This document shows, one piece after another, positions 28,033 to 37,929 of a stretch of DNA of 64,000 nucleotides. The number at the start of each line of letters is the position of its first letter. The first letter of the stretch is position 1. The stretch comes from Escherichia phage I29: sequence record ON286975. One strand, written 5' to 3'. The translations under genes and the position numbers were made by a program. The notes under the pieces are model-generated. The model made no database searches and was not told where the DNA came from. It saw nothing but the letters and a program-made list of their open reading frames with translations.

Positions 28033-28284
28033 ATGACGAAGATTGACTTGAATGCTGGTGATCATGTTGTTGTCAAATGCATTGGAGATTATCTTGGATT
28101 CACAATCGGCAATACTTATGAGGCGGTAGTGGCGAAGGTTTATCATGATAAAGTCCTCAGTCTTGTATTTGACTGCGATGATGATGGGGATGACCGATAC
28201 GTCTGTGAGGTGCTGGCACGAGACGATAGTGAAGACCAGAAATTCCTGGTTATTGAACTGAACGGTATTTTTGTAGAACGTTAA
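28033..28284 (+). CDS. hypothetical protein
   Basis: ATG 28033 after AAGGAG; acidic. Confidence 0.45.
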   Translation: MTKIDLNAGDHVVVKCIGDYLGFTIGNTYEAVVAKVYHDKVLSLVFDCDDDGDDRYVCEVLARDDSEDQKFLVIELNGIFVER

Positions 28285-28312
28285 TTTAAAACAACATAAG
28301 GAGACTCTTACT

Positions 28313-28618
28313 ATGGCTAAATCTAAAGTTGAACTGTTCACCTCTCTTCCTTCTGACACTGCAGAACGTGATCGCCTTCGCAAAACAATCGAAGAACTGG
28401 TGGAACTCCAGCTTCAGATTAAAGACCTGAAAGATGCCATCAAGGATATCATTCTCGTTGAGAAGCAGGATCATCTGTATTCTCCTAAATTCATCAAATC
28501 TCTGGTGGCTACAGAGTTCGATATTCGCTATGAGGCTGAAAAACGTCGCGCTAAAATCGAAGAAGAGGTTGAGCACATGTCTGAGGCAGACATTCTGTTC
28601 AAACGCTCTGTAGAATAA
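28313..28618 (+). CDS. coiled-coil hypothetical protein
   Basis: AAGGAGA RBS; heptad-rich sequence; followed by terminator. Confidence 0.5.
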   Translation: MAKSKVELFTSLPSDTAERDRLRKTIEELVELQLQIKDLKDAIKDIILVEKQDHLYSPKFIKSLVATEFDIRYEAEKRRAKIEEEVEHMSEADILFKRSVE

Positions 28619-28626
28619 TGACAAAG

Positions 28627-28650
28627 AGAGGGGCTTGGGCCCCTCTTTTT
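28627..28650 (+). terminator. intrinsic terminator
   Basis: gaggggc-ttgg-gcccctc followed by TTTTT. Confidence 0.65.
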
Positions 28651-28673
28651 ACTATCTATGAAGGAGATTTGAG

Positions 28674-29000
28674 ATGGGTATACCGATCACTGTAAAAGAA
28701 TTGAATGAGCGTGATGCAGGCGGTCTATGGCCTGCACGAAAAATACGCTGCGTCCGTATGAAAGAGAATCTTGAACATCTTGATCAACAGATCAAGGTAG
28801 GTGATATTTTTGAGGTCTTCTATTCCAATCGTCGCAACTGGGAAACCATTCAGCCTTCTGGTTTTGTTCTTGCCAAACTTGACACCGGAGAAGTGATTAT
28901 CCCTGGGTTAGATATTGTCTTCGAAATTATCCAGGAGTGGGATCCGGATAAGATTAGATACGAAGAGTTATTCGGTAAAGGTATTATCAAACCTGTGTGA
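28674..29000 (+). CDS. hypothetical protein
   Basis: AAGGAGA RBS; 108 aa. Confidence 0.5.
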   Translation: MGIPITVKELNERDAGGLWPARKIRCVRMKENLEHLDQQIKVGDIFEVFYSNRRNWETIQPSGFVLAKLDTGEVIIPGLDIVFEIIQEWDPDKIRYEELFGKGIIKPV

Positions 29001-29008
29001 GGTGGATT

Positions 29009-29308
29009 ATGTCTACAAAGGCGGCTAAATACTCTTACATGCCATCAACCTCTGCAGAGGTAGACTTTAGTTTCGATGTGTTTCCACTGTTTGAGGTGGT
29101 TCTGGCATACCCAACAATACTATCTACTCCTGAATCACTTGTGCCTGTTAAGTTGCAGAACGCTATGCATTCTATGCACTACAACAATAAATGTAGGCAC
29201 AGATGGTGTCAGGACGAGGAAAAAGATTTGGATAGTTTGAGAGATTTTGACAGTCACCTTTTGACACCTTTCAGCTACTCCAACCTTGATAAGCCCTCAT
29301 GGGTATAG
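29009..29308 (+). CDS. hypothetical protein
   Basis: ATG 29009 after GAGGTGG. Confidence 0.45.
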   Translation: MSTKAAKYSYMPSTSAEVDFSFDVFPLFEVVLAYPTILSTPESLVPVKLQNAMHSMHYNNKCRHRWCQDEEKDLDSLRDFDSHLLTPFSYSNLDKPSWV

Positions 29309-29332
29309 CAAAATATCAAATTTAAGACACCT

Positions 29333-29359
29333 AGGACGCTCTGTGGCGTCCTTTTCTTT
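29333..29359 (+). terminator. intrinsic terminator
   Basis: aggacgc-tctgtg-gcgtcct followed by T-run. Confidence 0.6.
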
Positions 29360-29521
29360 ATCTGGTGCACGATTGCATACCTTGGACAGATAATCTCATT
29401 ACAGAGCGTTTAAGAGCTTCCTACAAACAAATCTCTCTTTCGAGCGTAGCGAGAACGCACGTCCGTTTTGACCCAAATCACCATACGCTCGGATTTTAAC
29501 CAAACCCTCGCGGCGTTTCTG

Positions 29522-29550
29522 TTGACACATTACCGATCCAGTGATAGTAT
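29522..29550 (+). promoter_or_regulatory. sigma70-type promoter (extended -10)
   Basis: TTGACA-17-TAGTAT with TG at -15/-14. Confidence 0.55.
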
Positions 29551-29582
29551 CCACACATAGTTTGTAGAATATGGAGTACACA

Positions 29583-29672
29583 ATGAGAACATTGTCCGAA
29601 GTTTTAGTGGTGATCCTGATGATCATTACGTCCATAGCGGCTGTTGCCGGAATACTCACGGGTGGAACATGA
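29583..29672 (+). CDS. small hydrophobic peptide, 29 aa
   Basis: MRTLSEVLVVILMIITSIAAVAGILTGGT; GGAG RBS; stop overlaps next ATG. Confidence 0.4.
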   Translation: MRTLSEVLVVILMIITSIAAVAGILTGGT

Positions 29673-29881
29673 TAAACACACATGCATCTGAAGAGACATC
29701 CAAAGGAGTGACTATATGTCCCTTGGCTGAGCCAGTGAAAGAGGAAAACTTAGATTCTGAAGATTCTCCATCTTCGCTCCAGGTAGATCCTGAGGCTGAT
29801 GACCTAACGTGGGAAGACATCGTAGACATCTGGTTCTCCATTATGCCTGAGCACGAAGAGTTCAGAGGTGGTAGACTATGA
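29669..29881 (+). CDS. acidic hypothetical protein
   Basis: 70 aa; coupled to upstream peptide ORF. Confidence 0.45.
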   Translation: MINTHASEETSKGVTICPLAEPVKEENLDSEDSPSSLQVDPEADDLTWEDIVDIWFSIMPEHEEFRGGRL

Positions 29882-30001
29882 AGCACCGAGCCCACACAGG
29901 TTCCTCATGCTAAAGCATGGCCTGAAGAGGCAAACGTGCATAATTCCTGTGCATTGTGACGTATAAAACCCGTTCACACTCTCATTTCCAGAGGAGATTT
30001 T

Positions 30002-30217
30002 ATGAAGATAGAAATATTTGGTGGAGCTGACAACACTCGTGGCCTGATTTACCTGGAATTCGATGAATCATACCTGCCAGAGGTGTTAAATATAGACTCT
30101 GTTGCTGAGGCTTTGGGAGTAAACCCTAAAGAACTCCACTCTTGTGCTGAGATCGATGGTTGGGAAGAGACCATGAACATTGATTTCAGTGAAGTAGAGG
30201 ATGAACCGCTGGACTGA
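30002..30217 (+). CDS. small acidic protein
   Basis: MKIEIFGG...; GGAG RBS; last gene of + cluster. Confidence 0.45.
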   Translation: MKIEIFGGADNTRGLIYLEFDESYLPEVLNIDSVAEALGVNPKELHSCAEIDGWEETMNIDFSEVEDEPLD

Positions 30218-30344
30218 CACACAATTAGCTGCCCGACTAAAGGGCTGGAAGCACCTATAACACATCTTTCAACTAAATTTCCTACCACCACAATCACTTA
30301 CCTCCCACACATGACTGTTTGCTTGTTTAGTGAGCAGTCATGCC

Positions 30345-30372
30345 TTGACATTCTTGCCTATCCTGATAAAAT
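30345..30372 (+). promoter_or_regulatory. sigma70-type promoter reading into the non-coding repeat region
   Basis: TTGACA-16-TAAAAT with upstream TG; no convincing ORF downstream. Confidence 0.45.
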
Positions 30373-30850
30373 TAAGTTCTTCTCTTTTCTTTTACCGAGT
30401 AATTCGGGTTTTCTGTTCTCTTCGGTTTGAAGGGGTATGGAGATACACCTGAGTGAACAGGGTGAACAACCGAACATTTGGCTATGGCATTAGCATGGCG
30501 AAGCGGACGGGTGACGAAAGAGGGGCCGGAGGACACCAGTCACTGCCATATGATATATGGGTGATAACCTGAAGAGTCTGAATAAGTGTTTAAGTACCAG
30601 TCAGAGGAAAAGGTGAATGGTAGCCGAAGGGGGAGGGGGGTTTCTTGTATCTTTAATTTGTATATTATGTATACACTCGTAAACCAATCTCATCTGAATC
30701 TGTTTACCACACAAAGTAGATAGGGACAAATATCACCTATTAAACTTGAATTATTTATAGAAAATACCACAACACCACTTAAGTCTTTGATTTTACACAC
30801 AAATTCTACAGATATTCAACCTCCATATTTAACATACTTGTAACATATTC

Positions 30851-31990
30851 CATACTCTACCTGTCTGATCAATTTCCCCAACCACATCCTCCATATTTTC
30901 CCTGTCTGTACTACCCCTGCCCCGCCGTGAGTCCCGTCATATCTGGCTTTCCAGCAAATATCACACCCACAAATATCATTGCCTGAAGAGGGTTTCATCT
31001 CATAATATATGCCTTACCTGAAGAGCGCTTCATACACCACGTAATTTTTTTTTTAATTGACCCCCTCCCCGCCGCTGGAGAGGTTGGCTTTTCCCACACA
31101 GACCTGAAGAGTCAGCCAGAAATATCTGAACAGGCCCAATTCTACCACGATTTTGACCTGACCTACAGGAGTGCTGCCAGGCGGACGAAATGGGAATCAT
31201 TCTCATTCTTATAACAATTCTCAAATATCGAGGCAGTGAGGCAAATTAATAGGTGAGGCCGTTCACACAATGGCACAACATTTGCAACCTATCTTGTGGG
31301 AGTGAATGAGAATACCTATCATTGTGAGAATAGTTATCATTACGGGCAATTTAACATAATACCCATTATGCGCACCGCTGGTGATACATACAGGGAAAAT
31401 ATGGAGGATGTGGTTGGGGAAATTGATCAGACAGGTAGAGTATGCATACTCTACCTGTCTGATCAATTTCCCCAACCACATCCTCCATATTTTCCCTGTC
31501 TGTACTACCCCTGCCCCGCCGTGAGTCCCGTCATATCTGGCTTTCCAGCAAATATCACACCCACAAATATCATTGCCTGAAGAGGGTTTCATCTCATAAT
31601 ATATGCCTTACCTGAAGAGCGCTTCATACACCACGTAATTTTTTTTTTAATTGACCCCCTCCCCGCCGCTGGAGAGGTTGGCTTTTCCCACACAGACCTG
31701 AAGAGTCAGCCAGAAATATCTGAACAGGCCCAATTCTACCACGATTTTGACCTGACCTACAGGAGTGCTGCCAGGCGGACGAAATGGGAATCATTCTCAT
31801 TCTTATAACAATTCTCAAATATCGAGGCAGTGAGGCAAATTAATAGGTGAGGCCGTTCACACAATGGCACAACATTTGCAACCTATCTTGTGGGAGTGAA
31901 TGAGAATACCTATCATTGTGAGAATAGTTATCATTACGGGCAATTTAACATAATACCCATTATGCGCACCGCTGGTGATACATACAGGGA
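30851..31990. repeat. tandem direct repeat, 594-bp unit x 1.9 copies
   Basis: 30851-31444 is repeated at 31445-31990 with identical sequence where compared; unit contains three CCTGAAGAG motifs and a T10 run. Confidence 0.9.
31393..31496. repeat. perfect 104-bp palindrome at the tandem-repeat junction
   Basis: gggaaaatatggaggatgtggttggggaaattgatcagacaggtagagtatg is immediately followed by its exact reverse complement. Confidence 0.9.
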
Positions 31991-32272
31991 TTGATAACAT
32001 GAGTTACAGTTTACACACATAACAATTATATTTCTTACTATTTGTGTGGGATATAGTTAGCAACCAATAGATTAGATATTGACCTGTAGACTTCCAACCG
32101 TCTAGACGTCTAAACGCCCACACAACAAGGCTTATACATACACAACTGAATGTAAACAGGGCCGCAAAAATGCTACCATACCAGATTGTAAATTTTCATG
32201 CAGCACTTGACAAAGAGGAGAAAAACTTGTCTGACATAATGGTGACACTGAACATAATTGACATGCCTGACT

Positions 32273-32372
32273 GTTTACGCTATCACTATTCACTCCCTTT
32301 ACTGTTTACATTCTCAATAGTTTACATGTCTAATAGTTTACATAGCTAACTGTTCACGCATAGATTGTTTAC
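32273..32372. repeat. iteron-like array of GTTTAC(A) motifs
   Basis: Six (A/T)GTTTACA-like sites; the last five are spaced 15-17 bp apart (32304, 32320, 32337, 32352, 32367). Confidence 0.6.
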
Positions 32373-32385
32373 TCAAAAATGATAA

Positions 32386-32664
32386 GCCATGCCATTCGTT
32401 TGCATGATAAAGATTAGCAAGTTAATAATCTTTCGCTGGCTATGCCAGGTGACTAGGTCACCCCTTCGGGCGTTCCTATGACATAATATAAAAGCAGGGC
32501 AACTATTAGCAGATCTATAGTTGCCTTGCTTGTTATGTCATGATTAACTAAATACAAGGCAACTATGATCTGATTAATAGATTGCAGACAAACTATCACG
32601 GGGGTGATGGTTACTGCTTTTATATTATGTCGCGACTCCGTCGCGCCATGCCATTCGTTTGCAT
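32386..32664. repeat. symmetric element: paired 20-mers flanking inverted repeats
   Basis: gccatgccattcgtttgcat at 32386 and 32645; palindrome ggtgactaggtcacc; inverted 19-mers tgacataatataaaagcag / ctgcttttatattatgtc; GGCAACTAT x4 in both orientations. Confidence 0.6.
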
Positions 32665-33280
32665 AGTTGCCTTATTGTTACAGATAAAATAATTGTATTG
32701 TTAATTATTTCTTATCTTTCTCTTAGTCATCTAATGATTCCAGTCAGTATAGTAATGTACAGTAAACATTAGACGACTAAAGATTTCTCTGTTTATGATA
32801 ACTCACCGTGATAATTTCAGACTGTTTACGAAAAATGTTGACACCTAAGCTGATTTATGCTATGCAGTTTACACGAATAATTATTTTATGCAGGTATTGA
32901 CTATTCCGTTATTCTATGGTTGGAATAAATACTTAGTAGGCTATAGAATGGCGAGCGTACGTAAATTCTGAGATCTGGCGGCTATAGTTATACTCGATTT
33001 TTCACGTAGAACACGCTTTTGTGGTTATGTAAGTGTATGACTTATAAAGATTTTTAGTTGTTGACAAGATACTGAAGATGTGCATCAGGTTAAATTTTAT
33101 GCAATAGCTGCATTACGTGCAATTTTGGAAGGAAAAACGTGTAAAAATGGCCCTGCTACCACACAATGAAAGATTATGCAATAGCTATTTTACATGTATA
33201 TTTGTACAGTGTGTGGGATTGATGGCTAGTCAATTATTCCACTTGCCAGGTAGGGCCGTTTATGGTAGGAGAAGAGCAGA

Positions 33281-33308
33281 CAAAAAGAAAGGGGCCTTTA
33301 AGCCCCTT
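33281..33308. terminator. bidirectional terminator-like hairpin
   Basis: ggggc-ctttaa-gcccc flanked by an A-run upstream and T-rich downstream; just 3' of minus gene 33327-33746. Confidence 0.5.
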
Positions 33309-33326
33309 GATAATTCAGTTAAGAAA

Positions 33327-33746
33327 TTATAATGATTCGTATATTTCAAAAATCCGATTTGCCAGGTCGTTACGGTAGCGGAATTTTTCCTCACGTTTGA
33401 TCATCAGATCTTTAAAGCCATATTCTTTAAGCACTTCATTAACTTTATGGCGGCACACCTTCATATTATCTTGAGCGTCACCAATAAACTTGTTGCTGTG
33501 GTGCATTGCTTTAATTTCTTCTTCCAGGACCAGGGCAACTACCCGGACCGGATCAAGCTGGTAGGCGGTAACATCGATGCGGCATTGTAGACGGCTTTTA
33601 ACGTCTGCCACCGGATATACTGCAACCTCTTCCCCGTCAACATTGACAATAACTAGTTTACCATCGATTTCGAATCCTTTCGCCGCCGGACCGTGACAAA
33701 AAGCGTTATCAAAGCTATATGCCGGATTATTAGATTTAATGTTCAT
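33327..33746 (-). CDS. hypothetical protein
   Basis: 139 aa; first gene of - strand cluster. Confidence 0.5.
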   Translation of the reverse strand: MNIKSNNPAYSFDNAFCHGPAAKGFEIDGKLVIVNVDGEEVAVYPVADVKSRLQCRIDVTAYQLDPVRVVALVLEEEIKAMHHSNKFIGDAQDNMKVCRHKVNEVLKEYGFKDLMIKREEKFRYRNDLANRIFEIYESL

Positions 33747-33890
33747 GGTGTTTTTACCTCTTAGTTAATTTTCTTACAACTTCCCTTCAAAAAAGAATAT
33801 AGCAAAACTGCCGATCCCTGTCAACCAAGGATGGCATAATTTTTATGTGATCAAGGGGCTTTATTGCCCCTGACCATGTAACTTGTTGTA

Positions 33891-34154
33891 TTATTTGTTA
33901 TTCATCCAGTTTTCCCAAGCTGCCTGATAATCTGCCTCACTGCGGCGGATCTCTTCTTGCTCTTCAAGCCGGATCTCTTCTTCCAGGTACCCCAAGATAT
34001 CGGCTTTTTTGGTCTGGCGTAACATCCAATCATCTTTTTTGCGAGTGAAGATCTTATAAGCTTTCTCGCAAACCTCTTTTTTGCTACCTTTCTGGACTTC
34101 AAGAACACGATAAGCCATATATTGAACTAATTTGAGCTGATCAAGACGTTTCAT
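33891..34154 (-). CDS. hypothetical protein
   Basis: 87 aa, charged/coiled-coil-like. Confidence 0.5.
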   Translation of the reverse strand: MKRLDQLKLVQYMAYRVLEVQKGSKKEVCEKAYKIFTRKKDDWMLRQTKKADILGYLEEEIRLEEQEEIRRSEADYQAAWENWMNNK

Positions 34155-34216
34155 GATGTTTTTCCTCTTTATGTGGTTTTTGTTTAGTGGGCCTTTTGGC
34201 CCGTGTCATTATCTTA

Positions 34217-34489
34217 TTACTTACGGCGGCAGAATTCAAGCGTTTTTAATTGATAATCTTCCTCAGCCTGGAGTACAACCGCCTCGATCATTTCGTTGGC
34301 ATTGTTGAAGCCATATCCTTTAGCGAATTCATCCGCACCACCTTCGTGATCATGTTCTGCGTTCATCGCTTCCACAAAATGGAATTCAAGATTATTGAGG
34401 TAGGGGCTTGATGTTCCGTCCTCTTTTTCAATGAGATCCCAAATAGCATTAAAACGTGATTCGACTTCTTGGTTAATCCAACTTGACAC
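34217..34489 (-). CDS. acidic hypothetical protein
   Basis: GTG start after AGAGGAAAAC; 90 aa. Confidence 0.5.
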   Translation of the reverse strand: MSSWINQEVESRFNAIWDLIEKEDGTSSPYLNNLEFHFVEAMNAEHDHEGGADEFAKGYGFNNANEMIEAVVLQAEEDYQLKTLEFCRRK

Positions 34490-34703
34490 GGCGTTTTCCT
34501 CTCTTCTGGTTGTGTGGGCACTTTTGCCCTTTCAAGATAAATGTTACCTCACCCCATGGCAGATGTCAACGGTTTTTATAGTTCTTATATGACAGGCAGG
34601 CCCGGTGATTGTCTCCCCCTGTTCCCAAGTGCCGCCCGTTTAATAAGAATAGCAAAAGGGGCCGAACAAGTCAACCCCAAAATCAGTACCAAAACACTTT
34701 TAT

Positions 34704-35015
34704 TTATACGGTCCGATCATTGGCCTTTGTCCAGGACCTGGCGATCCGTTTCCCGGTCACCTGGAACGGAGGCTGCATTGTGTGTAATGAGTCCAGCGTA
34801 AGGGAGGACCGTTTACGGCGTATCTTCAGGATCGCTAACGTATTGTCCATCTCACGGCCAGGTCCTGGGCGGTATGGTGTGCCTCCAGCGTTAAGGTTGA
34901 TGATCTCATGTATTGAGATCCGGCGTTGTTTTGCTTCCGCATCTTTGAAGATAGCCAGCGGAGGCGCTATGCGTTGCCGATACCAATCTAAAACGGTTGG
35001 CGTAATAGCGATCAT
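34704..35015 (-). CDS. hypothetical protein
   Basis: 103 aa; ATGA coupling with upstream minus ORF. Confidence 0.4.
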   Translation of the reverse strand: MIAITPTVLDWYRQRIAPPLAIFKDAEAKQRRISIHEIINLNAGGTPYRPGPGREMDNTLAILKIRRKRSSLTLDSLHTMQPPFQVTGKRIARSWTKANDRTV

Positions 35016-35203
35016 ATTTTACCCCCTATGTAGTCCGGTCGGTTTTTCTCTGTCATGCGCTTTAGCAATTCTTGAATAATCCCTATTGCGGTCAATGTCT
35101 CATCTTCACGCTTTGAGTCAACATAATCAGGATCGTTTATAACTTTTGTCTGATTATGATATCTCAATACCGCCAACACTTTTACAGCTTCATCAGTGGT
35201 CAT
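35012..35203 (-). CDS. hypothetical protein
   Basis: AGGTG RBS; 63 aa. Confidence 0.45.
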   Translation of the reverse strand: MTTDEAVKVLAVLRYHNQTKVINDPDYVDSKREDETLTAIGIIQELLKRMTEKNRPDYIGGKI

Positions 35204-35211
35204 TATCGCAC

Positions 35212-35346
35212 CTAAAACAGTAAGTTAATATATAACACCAGATCGCTGACCACTAGAACAGCACGGATCAGCACATACCTAACCATAAGGGGAAAGAGCG
35301 CCAATATTGCCACCACAATCCCAAAGGTGATGATTATCTTTCTCAT
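35212..35346 (-). CDS. small hydrophobic peptide, 44 aa
   Basis: MRKIIITFGIVVAILALFPLMVRYVLIRAVLVVSDLVLYINLLF; ATG 2 nt after upstream stop. Confidence 0.35.
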   Translation of the reverse strand: MRKIIITFGIVVAILALFPLMVRYVLIRAVLVVSDLVLYINLLF

Positions 35347-35348
35347 GG

Positions 35349-35633
35349 TTAACGGTTTACGTAAGCTTTACCGTTTACGGTGATGGGCAAATCTTCCAGG
35401 TCTGGATCTTCCTTAAGGTCGCGAGCAAGCTCACCGCACCGGACACCCTCGAATCCGTAGTACTCTGTTGTGCCGTCCTTAAAAGTTTTAGCGGCAAGGC
35501 ATAAGCGATAAGTAACCCCGATTCGATTGACGGCATGAATATCCGTTAGATTAACCTCTTTTGCCAGCTCTTTAGCCATTACAGGCGCATTAAGTCCAAC
35601 AACCAGGGCAACCACTGCGATCATCTTTTTCAT
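35349..35633 (-). CDS. secreted (signal-peptide) small protein
   Basis: N-terminal MKKMIAVVALVVGLNAPVMA|KE signal peptide, no lipobox; 94 aa. Confidence 0.5.
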   Translation of the reverse strand: MKKMIAVVALVVGLNAPVMAKELAKEVNLTDIHAVNRIGVTYRLCLAAKTFKDGTTEYYGFEGVRCGELARDLKEDPDLEDLPITVNGKAYVNR

Positions 35634-35724
35634 TGTGTCTATCCTCTTTCTGCTACGTTTAAGGCGGCGGTAACCGTCTGTTTATGCCTTGTTGGTTAAT
35701 TTTCGGGTATCGGTATAAATTAAA

Positions 35725-35940
35725 CTATGCTGTACGCTCAACTATAACAACGGTTTGAGGGATCTCACCTTCCACCACTATCAAGGCTTTTTTCTGCGTG
35801 ATGGATATCTTTACCCGTTGCAGCGTGGCGGTGAAGTCTTTCATTTCGTCACGTGGTGTTTTAGTGCAATACCAGATCTCAGGCTTGCCGATCTGCAAGT
35901 TGCGTAAAAATTCTGTTTTGCCTGTTTTGTTAGTGATCAT
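35725..35940 (-). CDS. hypothetical protein
   Basis: 71 aa on cluster strand. Confidence 0.45.
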   Translation of the reverse strand: MITNKTGKTEFLRNLQIGKPEIWYCTKTPRDEMKDFTATLQRVKISITQKKALIVVEGEIPQTVVIVERTA

Positions 35941-35949
35941 TTGCCAACC

Positions 35950-36054
35950 TCACCCGATACCGTTGGAAGATAAGATCACATTAGCCATGGTTGCAATCAG
36001 GCCAATACCCAGGGCAATAACCAGGATCACCGCATCAATTAATTTCTGTTTCAT
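35950..36054 (-). CDS. small hydrophobic peptide, 34 aa
   Basis: MKQKLIDAVILVIALGIGLIATMANVILSSNGIG; AGAGGAAAAC RBS. Confidence 0.35.
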   Translation of the reverse strand: MKQKLIDAVILVIALGIGLIATMANVILSSNGIG

Positions 36055-36144
36055 TTTGTTTTCCTCTTCTTGTTCCAGGTGGCGGACCATTCCACCGCCT
36101 TATGTATTATGCTTTGTAAGATGGTTGTTTGTTTTCAAACTATT

Positions 36145-36324
36145 TTAACGATAATCATCGTACGCTTTATTAACCTGGCGAATATAACATTCAAAAGCCA
36201 GATCAATAGATTTATATTCACGGATATACTCACCATAGGAAACCACATACATTTCTATAGCTTCCTCATATGCGAGGAGAATAGAATCCAAGCCTACGAT
36301 CTCAGTCTTTGCAATAATAGCCAT
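36145..36324 (-). CDS. hypothetical protein, 59 aa
   Basis: ATG 36324 after AAGAGGATAAAAATC; below track cutoff. Confidence 0.4.
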   Translation of the reverse strand: MAIIAKTEIVGLDSILLAYEEAIEMYVVSYGEYIREYKSIDLAFECYIRQVNKAYDDYR

Positions 36325-36395
36325 GATTTTTATCCTCTTTGTGGTTGGTGGGGCTTGCCCCTTTGATTTATATACTACAGTCTTATATGGTCATG

Positions 36396-36629
36396 TCAAC
36401 TATTTTCAAAAAATTTTTCTGCTGTGATATTTTTCCCGGTAGGATTGGCTACTTTTAAAATTCTATCATGCACCGGACGCCCGAAAGAATAAGATCCGTA
36501 TACAGTAAACCAATAATCGCCGTCAGGTTGTACTATTACCGCCGCATATGGTACGCCTTTTTCGTTTTTGCTGACAAAATAGATCACATTGCCATTAATA
36601 GCCTCAGCGCGTTTAATTTGTTCCATCAT
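36396..36629 (-). CDS. hypothetical protein
   Basis: 77 aa; AGAGAGG RBS. Confidence 0.5.
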   Translation of the reverse strand: MMEQIKRAEAINGNVIYFVSKNEKGVPYAAVIVQPDGDYWFTVYGSYSFGRPVHDRILKVANPTGKNITAEKFFENS

Positions 36630-36683
36630 GATGATTTACCTCTCTTTATTTTCATAATTGGGGCCTTTTCGGCCCCGCCAGGT

Positions 36684-36968
36684 TTATTTATTGATAGCGT
36701 GCAGCGGGAAAGGTACGCCAGGTTGATAGATAACTTTTACAACCTCATCAGGGCAAAAGAAATTGCAGAATTCACCCTGATAAGCCTCATCCTCTTTTAA
36801 TTCTTCATCAACATACTGGAAAAAGTAGTCAATGCTTGGATAATCCTGACCGGGATTATATTCAACCATGGTTAATAACAATTCTTGATCATTCCGTACG
36901 ATATGCATACCAGCTTTTAAGTATTTGGCTTCCATTTCTACTACATCGCCAACGGTAACAATAGCCAT
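36684..36968 (-). CDS. acidic hypothetical protein
   Basis: 94 aa; AGGAG RBS. Confidence 0.5.
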   Translation of the reverse strand: MAIVTVGDVVEMEAKYLKAGMHIVRNDQELLLTMVEYNPGQDYPSIDYFFQYVDEELKEDEAYQGEFCNFFCPDEVVKVIYQPGVPFPLHAINK

Positions 36969-37173
36969 GGTTTTAACTCCTATCTATCCGGTTAATGATT
37001 GGAGGCCTCACCGCCCCCGACACCCTTTATTATCCATATTGTAGGACTTGATGCAAGTACTTCTTTAAAAATTTTTTAAGCGCCTTGGGGGCCGCTGTAA
37101 CGCCAAAATAATAAAGGCTATGCAACCGCATAGCCTTTATGTGATTATATCGCTGCAGGCCCTGCCAGGGGCC

Positions 37174-37524
37174 TTATTTTGCATTCTTTCCTATATTGCC
37201 GCTACGGTACCAGCGTTTACGGTGAAAATGGTAATAATCACCATCGGCATTAAACATCAGATGATTTTCAATAACCAGCTTACGAAGGTGGGCCGGATCT
37301 TGTTCCATTCTTGCCAGATTCTGGCGGCTGTTACGTAAGCGGATAAATTCCATATTCAGGCCGTTGATTGCAGCATGGATGTCAAAGTAACCACCTTTGA
37401 GACGTTCACGCATGGCGTTAAGCTCAACACAATATACAGATTTCTCACAAATCAAGGTATTAGCCAGGGCGCGGACCTGGGCAAGGGGGTTAAGCTCATT
37501 AAGGTAATATAGTTTTACTTTCAT
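37174..37524 (-). CDS. hypothetical protein
   Basis: 116 aa, basic. Confidence 0.5.
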   Translation of the reverse strand: MKVKLYYLNELNPLAQVRALANTLICEKSVYCVELNAMRERLKGGYFDIHAAINGLNMEFIRLRNSRQNLARMEQDPAHLRKLVIENHLMFNADGDYYHFHRKRWYRSGNIGKNAK

Positions 37525-37541
37525 AAAATCACCTGCTGAAA

Positions 37542-37841
37542 TTAGTTTGAGAAAACATCGTTCACAATAGCGATCACAATGCCGCCCACCTTGTCACGGT
37601 CAACAATGCACAAATCACCATAGATCATGTGGTAGTCTGGATGATCTTTGACGGAATAGTCGATAAGTGTTTTCTTGTCATCCAGCTTACTAACTTCCAT
37701 TCTCATAACGATATGAGAATCATCAAAGGCATTATTCCGAAAAGTCATAACCTGACCGCCAGGGCACCCGGTGATTTCCACCTCCACGCCGTCTACGATC
37801 TGACCATCAAAGAAATAAAGATTATTAGCCTGGATAAACAT
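37542..37841 (-). CDS. hypothetical protein
   Basis: Start placed at second ATG (37841) 8 nt after AAAGGAG; track ORF begins GTG 37862. Confidence 0.5.
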   Translation of the reverse strand: MFIQANNLYFFDGQIVDGVEVEITGCPGGQVMTFRNNAFDDSHIVMRMEVSKLDDKKTLIDYSVKDHPDYHMIYGDLCIVDRDKVGGIVIAIVNDVFSN

Positions 37842-37885
37842 GATCATTACTCCTTTTTGCACTGATTATTTTAACAGGGTTTAAA

Positions 37886-37929
37886 TTTACTTTATTGATG
37901 GCCCTGGAGTCAAGGCCATCTAAAAATAA
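37886..37929 (-). repeat. 45-bp promoter/stem-loop repeat element, copy 1 (PeSL-like)
   Basis: On minus strand: TTATTTTTA-GATGGCC-TTGACTCCAG-GGCCATC-AATAAAGTAAAC; hairpin with TTGACT in the loop, TAAATT -10 about 18 bp downstream. Confidence 0.6.

Noticed and set aside
30816-31818. Track ORFs inside the tandem repeat (MKPSSGNDICGCD..., MRIVIRMRMIPISS...) as genes
   Set aside because: They are duplicated verbatim only because the DNA is repeated, lack ribosome-binding sites, and one reads through the palindrome; treated as non-coding.
33117-33332. 71-aa plus-strand ORF at the edge of the non-coding region
   Set aside because: No ribosome-binding site; it runs into the bidirectional terminator hairpin and has odd composition.
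34541-36366. Plus-strand ORFs within the minus-strand cluster (34541-35079, 35798-36366; also 38166-38604, 57000-58808)
   Set aside because: They overlap better-supported minus-strand genes with coupling and ribosome-binding sites, and show low-complexity composition.
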